Origin: Anthoceros angustus
Taxonomy: Eukaryota; Plantae; Anthocerotophyta
DNA: 64,000 nucleotides
Reading direction: 5' to 3'
NCBI GenBank assembly: GCA_010909165.1
Contig: MU008160.1
Coordinates: forward strand, 186,001 to 250,000
The notes below the pieces were generated by a model that saw only the letters and a program-made list of their open reading frames with translations, was not told the origin of the DNA and did no database searches. Shown one piece after another: positions 25,049 through 36,280 of the stretch. A program made the translations under genes and the position numbers. Each line of letters begins with the position of its first letter. Position 1 is the first letter of the stretch.

Positions 25049-26452
25049 GGCTACAATACGCAGGCAGCAGATGCTGCCAACTCCAAGAGATCCTTCACAA
25101 AGCTCCACCACCCAACAGTTCAGTCACTCCAATCACCTCCTCCCTCCCGAGGCCTTCCACGTCTCAAGGCGGCCACAGTTTCACCGCCAGCAATCTCAAC
25201 TCAGAAGCCACGAAATTCGTCCTTCCTTGCTTGCAGAGCAGCGTATCGGGTGTCCCACTTACTCCAGCCCCTCTTCTTTCAGTGTGAACTGCAACAAACC
25301 AACGCTCAAGGGACCTGGCTAGCCAGATCATCTGCTGTAGGGCAACCTGTCCTTCACAGAAGCTGCCATGGTTGCTCATGCTTCTGTACGGAGAGAAGTT
25401 CGCCAACACCGCACGGGCGTAAATTTGTAAATTAGGGTCCAATAATAATAGGTGATAAAAATTATGAAACGGAACGGGGGTTACCCCCGTTGCCACCTTG
25501 GGCTGCCTCCCCGCTCGGCCGGCCCTCGGCTACACCACCTCCGTTTGGGAAGGGTTGTGGCAAACGCGGGGTGAGAGGAATCCGATTGCCGGTTGCGGCG
25601 TCTTGTCTGGATCTCGTCTGCCGGTGATCCTGGGGGAGAAAATCAATGTTCTGGAGGAATCTGGCTCCGCATTTTTTCTGCATGGAGTAGGATTGGCTTG
25701 CGGGCTGGTGGGCTGTGTCCACAATGAATCCTTCTGCAAGTTGGTATGGCACGGCGTTGCGCGCGGTCGCATTCAGCCTTGCAGTCTCCTTGCTGTGGAA
25801 TGTCCTCGTTGCGGGAGCCGGAACTGGTGCTAGTGATGCAGGTTCGTGAGCTTTCCTATTTGGGTTTCCTGTGTGTCGAAGCATGTGTTTTGCATCTGGG
25901 GTTGGCTGGACTGATCAGGAGTTTGTGTCTGCAATTCCGGCCTGACAGATGTTGTTGCCTGCGTCTTTGGCTGAGAGAATCCCCTCTCCAGCTGGTCGCA
26001 GCGTGACGTACCTTTGTGGGCGGGTTGACACTGTACTCTGAAACTGGGAGAGAACATGAACCGTATGTAGGACGTGTGTGGCTGCGGTGTGCTTGAAATT
26101 TGTGCTAGGATGCATCCGTGACGGATGCATCCTAACGTTGAGTTCAATTCTTCCGCAACCTCTAGGAACTCCTAAAACTATGCTGTTTCCTTGGTCCGCC
26201 AGGTCGAAGAGCACACGATCTTCTCTTGACCTGATCCAATTTTCCTTCCGACCTACTTCTGCTGTCCCCTGACAGACGTGTCTCGTCCGTTCTCTGCAAT
26301 TACCCTAAACCTGAGAAGATCCAAGCTTTGCAGGAAGTCGGTGATAGTCGTCCTTGGAAGTTAGATTGTAGTGGCTCCCTCGGGCCTGGAACTTGTTTAG
26401 AGCGGGTATATATATTCAAGAGACTCGTTTCGAAAGGATCAGGAATTGAGGC

Positions 26453-27748
26453 GTGCCTCCAACTCTGTTTGCCCATGAGCCGTCGATGAAGGAGCGGTGG
26501 ATAGTGGCTCTGCGAAGAGTTGTGCAGAGTGCCCCGATGCAGCGCTTGCAGGAGCGCCTCTGGGGTTGTTCTCAAACGAGATGGAGTGCTGCAGCCACTG
26601 CCAATTCTGGCAGTGTCATCTGGCTCCTGGGGGTCTGCTACAAGGTTCCTGCAGTGGCTGAGGGTGGGGACAAGTCTGTGGCAGAGAAGGCGCTGTCGGA
26701 GTTCTTGGAGGATTTCAGTTCCAGACTGTGGCTGACCTATCGGAGAGGCTTTGAGGCTTTAGGTGACTCCAAGATCACCTCGGATGTGGGGTGGGGCTGC
26801 ATGGTCCGGAGTGGCCAGATGCTGGTGGCCCAGGCTCTCATATGTCATCGCTTGGGGAGGTCTTGGCGGCGGGACTCTCAGAAGCAAGCATCACAAGATT
26901 ACTTGGAGATAGTGGAAAGCTTTGGAGATTCATTTGCTGAAAGTTGTCCCTTTTCTATACATAACATATTGGAAGTTGGACGCCCCCATGGGTTGACCGT
27001 GGGGTCATGGATGGGACCTTATGCACTTTGCAGGGCTCTAGAGGCTTTGGGTCACGCAGACAGGGAGAGGTGTCGTGCAGGACAAGGAAAGCGTGCCTTG
27101 CCCATGGCAGTGTATGTTGTTTCTGGTGAAGCAGAGGGTGCACGAGGAGGAGCTCCAGTGCTATGTATTGATGATGCTGCCGATTGTTGCTGTGCTGAGC
27201 CTGGCACGGAGTGGGCTCCACTCTTAGTGCTTGTTCCCCTTGTCCTGGGGCTGGATAAAGTAAATCCCTTGTACCTGCCTTCTTTGCAGGCGACCTTTGG
27301 ATTTCCCCAGAGCCTTGGAGTTCTGGGAGGCAAACCAGGTGCTTCAACTTACATTGTTGGTGTTCAGGATGATCAGGTTTTGTATCTTGATCCCCACGAG
27401 GTGCAGCTGACTGTCAAAATGGACCCAAGTGTGCCGGATGCAGACACTAGCTCTTACCACTGTGGTGTAGTGCGTCGGATGCGTTTGGATGCGATTGACC
27501 CATCATTGGCGCTGGGGTTCTATTGTCGAAATAAGGGGGAATTTGATGACCTCTGTAGCCGGGCCTCAGATCTCGCAGGTCACTCAAATGGTGCTCCCAT
27601 GTTCACAGTAGCAAAAGAGAGAGGCAATGGGAATCAGGTTATGAGCCTCTGTCTGGAGGAAGATAATTCTGCAATGAATGTACAGGAGATCACAGCTGGA
27701 GACAAAAGTGTAGATAATGTTGCCGAAGAGGACTGGCAGATTCTTTGA
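26453..27748 (+). CDS. ATG4: Autophagy cysteine protease ATG4 (peptidase C54), no introns in the visible CDS; N-terminus uncertain (first in-frame ATG 26486)
   Basis: IWLLGVCY, RLWLTYRRGF, SDVGWGCMVRSGQM (catalytic Cys), PLVLGL, QSLGVLGGKPGASTY, YLDPH (catalytic Asp/His), IDPSLALGFYC and C-terminal EDWQIL. Confidence 0.96.
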   Translation: MPPTLFAHEPSMKERWIVALRRVVQSAPMQRLQERLWGCSQTRWSAAATANSGSVIWLLGVCYKVPAVAEGGDKSVAEKALSEFLEDFSSRLWLTYRRGFEALGDSKITSDVGWGCMVRSGQMLVAQALICHRLGRSWRRDSQKQASQDYLEIVESFGDSFAESCPFSIHNILEVGRPHGLTVGSWMGPYALCRALEALGHADRERCRAGQGKRALPMAVYVVSGEAEGARGGAPVLCIDDAADCCCAEPGTEWAPLLVLVPLVLGLDKVNPLYLPSLQATFGFPQSLGVLGGKPGASTYIVGVQDDQVLYLDPHEVQLTVKMDPSVPDADTSSYHCGVVRRMRLDAIDPSLALGFYCRNKGEFDDLCSRASDLAGHSNGAPMFTVAKERGNGNQVMSLCLEEDNSAMNVQEITAGDKSVDNVAEEDWQIL

Positions 27749-28096
27749 TGTATTAACATAGATAAGTTATTCTTCAGGCTCGTCTTCCAGTTTAGATGGG
27801 ATTCTTTGGAGATGCTGCCTTCACTTCATAGTGGCGGAGCCATATCAGCCAGTGAGGATACCTGCCTTTCCTGGACTTATAAGCTCTTTCGCCTGACTGG
27901 GGCCAAGGTCTGCAGATGGATTGCAGCGTCTGTGATATTTGTTTGTTGACAAAAGGCTGGGGAGTCTAGTCACCAGGAACCAGCATATACTTGGTAGCAC
28001 TGATGGGAGCAGGAGAAGGCATATCTTCAGAATCATGGTCACTTCTAATTGGTCCTATAGATTGATGTTGCCTTAGGTTCAGGAATTAGATGTAGT

Positions 28097-29304
28097 ATGA
28101 CATTTTGTTCATTTTGGCCTGCAAAGGACCTCTGTTTTGGAATATTACGAAAGGAGCAGATTTACCTGTCAAACAGTGCTGTGATTTCCTGGACTGTCAT
28201 GCTTGTATTTTGCGATTTGTTCAGAGTTGTCTGCTCGGCTACTTTGGTTACAACTGTGCGTTTTTCTGAACAACTCAAGAAGTGGGTTTTGTTTGTTTTC
28301 AACTCAGGAGTTTGCAGCTCCCAGGGTGGCAGGTTCCCAAAATTCTCCTTCGAAGGACAGAGCCCAAGGAAAGCCTCCAAGGGTCCGGGTGATCTGACGT
28401 TGTGCCGGGTCTATCACAAGAAGACCTGCTGTACAGCAGTACAGACGCGGGCTGCCCTCTTGTCATTAGCTAAGTTGGCCTCGAATGGGGAGGCAAGCAA
28501 GCAATGCCTAAACTTGTGGGAAGTACTGGAGTGTTCAATATGTGATCCGCACGTGGGAGTCAATCCTGGTCCTCCATTGCTGTGCTCTTCATTTTGTAAG
28601 AGGGTGTATGAGGCTTGTGGTGATGCGTTCTTTTCTGCAGATCCTTCAACTCAGGTACTTGCTTTGCCCATATTATGGACTTCGTAGTAAACGTTTGTTG
28701 TCTTCTCTCTCCCCTCTGCATGCACCTTTTGAAATGATTGGTTTCTCTCAAGCAGGTGTTGATCCCTTGTAAAGATACTGTTTGTGCGCGGGGAAGGGAA
28801 TGGGCATTTAGCAGCACAGAATTTTGCAAGCTTGCTGGGTTCTCTGTTCCAAGTGCAGAAGAGGAACTCAAGAGTCTCCCTGCCTGTTACGATGGGAAAG
28901 TACACATCGACACGGAACCTCTTTTTGAGAAGCGCCAATCCACTGCTAAAGGTCGGTACAGATTTGGCTACTTCAGATATCTGAGGAAATTTTTCAGAAG
29001 GATGACATCTGGGGAAAACGTTTCATGGGCCGTCGGTGGCTTAGTCTTGACAGGGGGCGCCCTTTATGTTTTTCGGTACGTGTCAGCCATGCTCTCTCCT
29101 ATCTCCCAATCATCCCATCGCCATTCGTACTCACTTTTGTCGGGTTGACCAACTCGCAGGCGGAGGGGTTTGAAACCCAAGAGCAGGCAAGAACTGGCAG
29201 CACGTCGCTCCAAATTCTATCAGGAAGCCCCAACTCGGCAGCCTCGAGGTAGTAACAGTATTCCTCCACGATCTTGGGGAAAGGGGACCACCAAGGTCCC
29301 ATGA
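28097..29304 (+). CDS. Folate receptor family (Cys-rich) membrane protein; exons ~28097/28308-28654, 28757-29075, 29160-29304
   Basis: GVCSSQGGRFP...DLTLCRVYHKKTCC...CLNLWEVLECSICDPHVG...C..FC..VYEAC, VLIPC...CYDG and TM segment WAVGGLVLTGGALYVF. The first exon is uncertain. Confidence 0.85.
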
Positions 29305-29649
29305 AGAGATAGTTGACTGATGGTGAGATCAGATGTTGTGGAAGAAGTTTTTGTTGTGACAAAAACTCTCCTTAGTATATATGAACTCGGCGCTCTTCTT
29401 TGTATTTACTATACACCTAGTAAGCAATCGTGAAAGATTTTGTTATTGCTTTTGTGACAAGCATTGCTTCTTCCTCATGAGCAACCGTGTATGCTCACTA
29501 TTGAAAGCACTCACTACTCTTGGAAACACGTGAGGAGCCTGTAGGCCATGGACATTCTGAGTTGGAGGATCTTCTTGGAAGTCAAAATTATGACTTGAAA
29601 AATGTACATTGCTAAAGCCCTTGTGCTATCTGCCTCTCAACTCTCCCTA

Positions 29650-29770
29650 GGATTACGCAAGGTATCCTACTGAATAGGGGCCCGCCCGAGGATTACCCAA
29701 AGCCATCCTACTTCAATAAATGGGGGCCCAAGGATTGGATTACCCAAGCCATCCTACTAAACTGGGGACT
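29650..29770. repeat. Three imperfect direct repeats GGATTAC(C/G)CAA..(C)ATCCTACT...GGGG
   Basis: Copies at ~29651, ~29690 and ~29737, between converging 3' ends. Confidence 0.7.
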
Positions 29771-29969
29771 ACCCTGGCTAACAGGCCTCAGATGGCAAGT
29801 CAAGACGACAAAGTCTAGTTATCTCGCCTACTACAAAAATTGAGAAAAAATAAACCTTCGCCTAAGGCGCAAGCAAACACCTGGGCAATTATCACGCAGT
29901 TCGGCTGTACAGAGTGCCGAAAAGGCACGTTAGCAGATCAATGTCGCTCTGTGAAGGCGGGGATGCAGC

Positions 29970-32404
29970 TCAGTCTCTACTTGGGGGGCTGTGCAGGGCA
30001 TCAACACTGCCAGCATAGGACCAGGTTTTATACTTGGGATTGTGACTGGGCAGATCATACTTGGGACTGTACTTTGGGCTGTCATACTTGGGTAGGCCAT
30101 CATACTTGTCTGGCAGGGGTGGCTTCCCATGGCTTTCCATCTCTGGTTTCTCATCCTCTTCCTCTGCATCCTTCGCTACAATGTACTCAGATAGAGCTTT
30201 GCCCAGAGTAGGACCAAGTTTGTAGCCCTTCTTCCCAACATGCGGGCCGGGGGCATAAGGTGGGGTCATACCAGGACTGTTCACTTGTGCAGGAGACTGA
30301 CTGGGGGACGTGAAGGGAGTGGCATAGGGTGTAGCAACCAGAGTTTTGGATACGACAGCCCTCTTGTTCATGGCTGAACGCACAGAGGGTGGTCCAGGAG
30401 GAGGAGGGAGAGGAGCAAAGGCTTTTTTGGCTATATCATCTGCATACAGGACGTCATCAATCCGGGAAATGATGTTGTAGGCAAGGCTCTCTAAAACCCG
30501 GGAATAGCTTTCCAAAATGGCCTGTCCCACATCCTGCACAACAGAAAAAACCGAGCAATTAGTACGAAGTTTCTCGCATTGCTGGTAAGCCAAGGACGAG
30601 ATTTGACTGGGTGCGCCATTACAAAGACATGATAATTACCCTGTTGTACTGGATCTTGCTTGTGTCCAGGTTTGTTTGTGGCAAGCCTGTGAACCGAAGC
30701 CGTAAGCTCACCAGAAGACTCTCTGCTCTGTGAGCTATGTGTTCCCTGTCCGCCTCTCCTACCAGGTCTTTGACCCAGTTGCTCTTGCTCTGCCTTTCCT
30801 TCGGCAGACTCTGTTGCATTTGCTTCACCTGAATCTTCCGCCGCCAGATATGGATAGCCGATTCCAGGCGATTTGCTATATCAAGCACGTTGTGCTCGTT
30901 AGTGAGGTCCAGACCCGATAGAACAGCGTCAGGAGAGAAGTTATCTGCCGCCAAGCCCCTATATATGGCGTCTCCTAGAGTTGCCTTTCCAGCCTGCAGC
31001 GTTTACCACTTTCTCAGTTAGGATGCACTCATAAGTTGCCCTCTGTGCACGTATCAACTCAAGCACATCAAAAGAGTGTGGTCTGTGCCGTACCTTCGGA
31101 AGAGTGTCCCAGTAAGGATCCGGAACCTCCATTTCCGCTATGACCATACTGTTGATTGCCATGGCGGCTTTCAAGATTTGGTTGGTGCTCTCTCTCTGAT
31201 ACTGCAGTCGTTTTCTGGAGTCCTCGGACAGACCGTTCACGGGAACTCGTGGCGTTGGCAGCCACCATTTCTCTTCCTGCCTTTGAGAGGAGTGAGCTGA
31301 GCCTCCGTTAGAATCCTTCTCAATACCCCGATCCACGTACCAGAACTCTGTGTCACTGAATCCTTCCAAGGAATCCTGGAACATGAGCAAGGAGAGTTAA
31401 TGGAATCCCGATGGGATCAAACAATAGCTCCTCACGGCAACACAGTTGGACTGCGCATACCAGCAGCATGTTATCCAACTTCCTCAATGCGGGAAGATTG
31501 ACATGCAGATCAGTACGGGGCCGTGTGACCATGACCTGCAAAGGCATTTCCAACATTGGAATGTGTCAGTCCACTGTACTCACAAGGACAAAACCAGATC
31601 CCTCAAGCCCACAACGCAAAAGATGTACCCACCTCCGTACTACTGCCGTCCGGATAATGCTGCCAGGAAGGAACGAGCTCCACAATGTGATCACTGACTG
31701 ACAGGAGCCATTCGAGTTCTCTCCGCCACATCGTCCTCTTCTCACATGACAGAGGTTCCAATCTCCACAACTCTCCGAAAACAGAAGCTGCACAAGAGCT
31801 CGTGCCATTCAGAACCTACTTCCATACTATACCTATTCCACAGCGTCACCGAAGAGCACAAATCCCCCGCTTACCTGACAGATTGGTCATGGCATTAGAG
31901 ATAGCGAGAGCAGTGCAAACTCCCTTGCCGCCACCGGACATGTCCTCTCCAAGCAGCAACTTGGCAAACCTTTCTTTCATCAACTCCACCTCTGATCACA
32001 GCAACAGAAAATGGTAAAGAACTGTACAGAATACTACAACAAAACACTACTTAAATCCGCCACACCTCAGAGTGTGAAAGCATCCTACCCGAAAGTTCCG
32101 TCTCCCTTTTCTCCCGCTTCTCTTCCCACATGAAGCTCGCATTGCTGAGCTTGGAGGAAGAAGGAGAGAGCTCCGGGCCGCGCCTACTGCTATCCGTTCT
32201 GCTGTCCACCCTGCTACTCGCCGGCCACCGTATCGGAGACGACGTAGCAGAGCAGGTGCTGGCTAGGTCCTCCCCTCGCACGTGGGCAGTGGGATCCCCA
32301 GGACTAAACCGCAGATCCAAATCCCCCACTTCAGAGCTCAAACACTCGCTTGTGGAGCTCCCGGGAGTGTCAGTTATGCTCTGCTGCTCGAATCTGTCGT
32401 CCAT
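29970..32404 (-). CDS. ROPGEF: Rop guanine nucleotide exchange factor (PRONE domain), multi-exon
   Basis: [96 protein letters not shown] and [33 protein letters not shown]; GT-AG introns. Confidence 0.95.
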
Positions 32405-35400
32405 GCTCAGGCTCCCGGTACTCCCGAACCGCAGCCTGTTTGTCCTCGTATGGTCTGCACGACACCGAGAATTCAGGTACAGGCATCGCAACACGGGACC
32501 CAGCATTTCCAGAGAGAAGCAAATCCCTCTCAAGTTCTTCAACCCTCTGGAACCTTGATCCACAAAAAAGTGAGGACAGCACGGGACAAACAGCAAGTCC
32601 CAAAGATTTCCTGTCACTTGCCATCGGCCAACCAGACACGATGCCACTCCAAACCGGAAAAGATAAGCGCGACCTCTAACTACCACATTACTTCACTGAT
32701 CGAACCCAAAAAGACGTTTCTCCATGAGATCAGCGTCCCGCGCTCTCCAACCTCACATACCTTCTTGAAAACTGCCTCTCCGATCCAGGGTCTTGAAGTA
32801 GGGCCGAGGCGAGCTGTCACTTTGTCGTCCCATCGTGAGATCTCTGGCTCATCTTCCGCCAAACCCACAAATTTTTCCACCCCAGGCAGCGCCAATGCTG
32901 CCCGGAAGCCTACCTACCAAGCCCCGCGGGTCCTAAATCCACAACCCACCTCCCGATCTTTGAACCTCCCAACCCTCCACCACGTCGCTGCTGATTTCTC
33001 CAAACGGGCTGTGACATTCCCTTCCCACCTCCTTCCCTCCGGCCACAGACAGCGAATGCGCAATTCCCTTACCGCCCAACTCCGCGTCCAGCACCCATAA
33101 TCCCAACTCCTCTCAAGTCCCGCCCCGGGACCCAACTGGCCAAATTGCGGCCTCCTCCTCTGCCTCCCACGCCCGCATCAACATCCAAACCCGGCACCGG
33201 CAGCGGAAACCGCAAAGCCGCCCCAGAATACGCCCAGCAGGCGAGTGCGGGCGGCAAGGCAGGATGGGATTACGCACTTTTTCCCGGAGCCCGGCTGGTG
33301 GGCAATGATGGGCGAGAGGCTAGGCCAAGCAGGAAGCGCAAAGGCAGCTCGTGCGCACCTGCGAAGCACCTGCAGCAGCAGCTGCGGCTCCGAGAGGTCC
33401 GCTGCAATAGCGCAATGGCAGCTGCCTGCGCTGCGCGGTTGCCAACAATAGAACTCTGCAGTGGCGGCATGCAGAGAAGGCGTTTCATGGACCACCGGCT
33501 GCGGCAGCTGCGGCATCAGCAGGAACAGCAGGAGCAGGAGCTTCTCTCTCTGCACCTCCTTGCTCTCCAGGCTGCGGCAGAGGGCACGGATTAATCCTAG
33601 GTTGAACTCCTTTCTACCATAGCCAGCGCAGGCTGCGATGTGGAGAGTCGTGCGGCCACGCGCAACATGAGCACGGCTCCATGACTCGCTCGACTCCTTC
33701 ACATCAGGCCCGGGATGTCCCAAGAGCAGCAAGCACCCTCGATTTCCGCGAATCGGGCCCCTCACATTGTCACAACGGCCCGTTCCCCCGTCCCTTCTTC
33801 ACCATTGTCACGTCCCGGCACATGGTAAACCTTCACCCGGTACGTGTCCGACCCTCTACACCGGGCCGTACCTTCGGTACCGGACCGAGCATTCAAACCC
33901 TCGTCCTACAAGCAACGATACTCGGCCGGAACCAGATACATATGTACATTACGTGCGCGATCTGCCCACCAAACTTTCGGTGCCGACCCACCTCGAATCC
34001 GGAGCGGTGCGCCCCGGTCCCGGCGCCCGACCGCCTCGGCACTACTACCCAGGCCAAACGCGGCCTCTCGCCAAAGTCAACCAGAATGCCCGGGACAGGG
34101 CCGTTGGTAGGTCCGGGCAGCGACCTCCCAGTGTGGGAGGTGGGTAATTTTCCGAGCCTGTATTTTACCCCAGGTGAAAATTTCAAACAGCGGGGCTTCC
34201 CGCTATTCCTGGCCCCTCTCGCGACGTGCACGCAAGAAGGCGACGACAGCGGCCGACGAAGCGGGGTTTGAATTGCGATGCGAGTGCCCCGGTCACGACT
34301 GGGGGCTGGGCTGCGCTGGGCTGGGCTGGGCTCCGCCACCCGTACAGTGAAGCGCTTTTAGGCACACAATGCGACCTTGGAAGAAGGTCGCATTTCGAGA
34401 CCCCATGCTGTTGGTAATGGGGAAGTGGAGCATACCCAGCAATTTTCAAACCAAGACCTGCCTCGGTTTCCCCCAATTGGACTTCCTCGCCATCATCAAA
34501 TCTTGTCGTCCTTGCCCAATGTGCGCGAGGTTTTCAAATGTACTGACCGGTACAATATTCTGCATACATATGTATGTGCATGTCAAGCCTTAGCTTTGCG
34601 TGAACAACAAGAGGTAGCAAAAGATGTCTTGAGTTCGTTATGACAAACTACGTACATAGGTACTTCTCCCATCCGTTGAAAACCATGTTTATCTACATTT
34701 CCCGGAGCTGGATCACTGCGGGAGTGGGTGGGGGATTATTAGCCCCCCAAACTTTGTGGGCACTAGGCTTTGTGGGCACTAGGCTTTGTGGGCAATAGAC
34801 CCTTGCGGAACAACGCCCCTTACAAATTACATTCAAAGTTACACCTATCCATGCTATTGGATAAGAAGTCTTAGGGACCATAGAAATGAAACCCATCAAG
34901 GGGCTTACGACTAGGGCACCAACTTTGTGGGCGCTAGGTTTTTCTTCACATTTACTCCTGGTTCTTACAGATGTAGTACAGGCCACAAACCCACAAACAG
35001 GAAGCAGGGCAGACGAAAGTCAATCAACAGAGTCATGTGATTCTGGCCAGGTACCATATATATGTAGGGAGTTGATAAAACAATGTTGGGTGTCAGCAGG
35101 CTGCAGAAAGGCCGCACTGCAGCAGCTGGAGGAGGTCTGTACTTCGGTCCAGGCTGCTGTTCCGGCCGCCCGTGTATGATGGTGTAAGGCCATTTATGGC
35201 GCCAGCAGTGGCGTGACGAGCTTTCCTTCAGCCAGTGCTTAGGCCAGGCTGCAAGGTTTGTTAGATAAATTGTTAAGCCCACAGGCGCCACAGATAAGCG
35301 TTTCGGAATCTAAAGGCGGCCATTAGATCATAACCCCCAACGGGTAGTCGTTTGTGCTTTAATTATCAGACGGCGTCTGTGAGGGCAGGGTCTGCAGCCG

Positions 35401-36280
35401 GGTGTCCGGCATTCAATACGCTCTGCGCTGTCTTGGGCAGTGGGCTGCATTAACTCGTGTGTGAACACGGCACTCAGATTCTGATTTGGCGAATATTTTG
35501 GCGATTCGAATCGTACGCTGACGGTCCGATTCCGTCGTCCCGGTCATCCGGTCACTCGTACAGGATGATTGTTTAGCGTAATGGCTGGTGGGAACTGTAA
35601 CGCGCAATGGCAGGCGACGGTTCTTATCATGTGTGAAGGCCAATGAGTGAGGTTAGTTAGCACATGATAGCCGTCGTCTATTTCCGTCGGTTGCCGTAAC
35701 TCGCGGCGCGATATTTCTGATAGAGGTGGGTATTGGCTCACTGGTGGCAGCCGGTATGCCGGTTGAAAAGCTCCGGTAATAGAGTGGATTTTGTGGGGCC
35801 TTGACGGTGGACACCGATTGGACTCCAGTTAACTGGATGTCGGTTAGATTCCTGACTTGCGGTTGGCTGCCTTGAGGTGCGGCGAGCGGGCCGGGCACGA
35901 CGAACGGGTGGGCCCTGGTTCCGTGGCGCCTGTTGCGCACGCATGTGTGTCATGCTCCGAAATGCTAAACTCAGATCAAATTTTGAGGTAAGATTTGTAC
36001 TAATCTTAATTCAAACCAAGGAGGATGACATAAGACGAAACGGGACGAGGAACAAAAGGGATTGTCGTCAGAAATGACATCAAGAGGAGCAAGTCGTTGG
36101 ATATCCACGCCACATCCCGCGCTCTTTGAATGTGGGCGATGAGACAAAATTGGTGACTCAGAGCTACTACAGAGGGGCGTGCCGAAACGCATTTTACATC
36201 CCTGGGCATCTTCCGGGTTGGGGATGCCAAATGCTTGCGACTGGGTGGGGGATGAGTGACTGCTGAGGATGAGGAGCTTG

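Noticed and set aside
33178-33765. Minus-strand ORF with an ankyrin-like motif GRTTLHIAACAG
   Set aside because: Single isolated motif, non-ATG start, no further convincing ankyrin repeats, and it lies in the GC-rich leader/promoter of RopGEF; likely chance.
34750-34940. 16-bp repeat ctttgtgggcactagg (x3 plus a distal copy) as a MITE
   Set aside because: No terminal inverted repeats or TSD could be identified.
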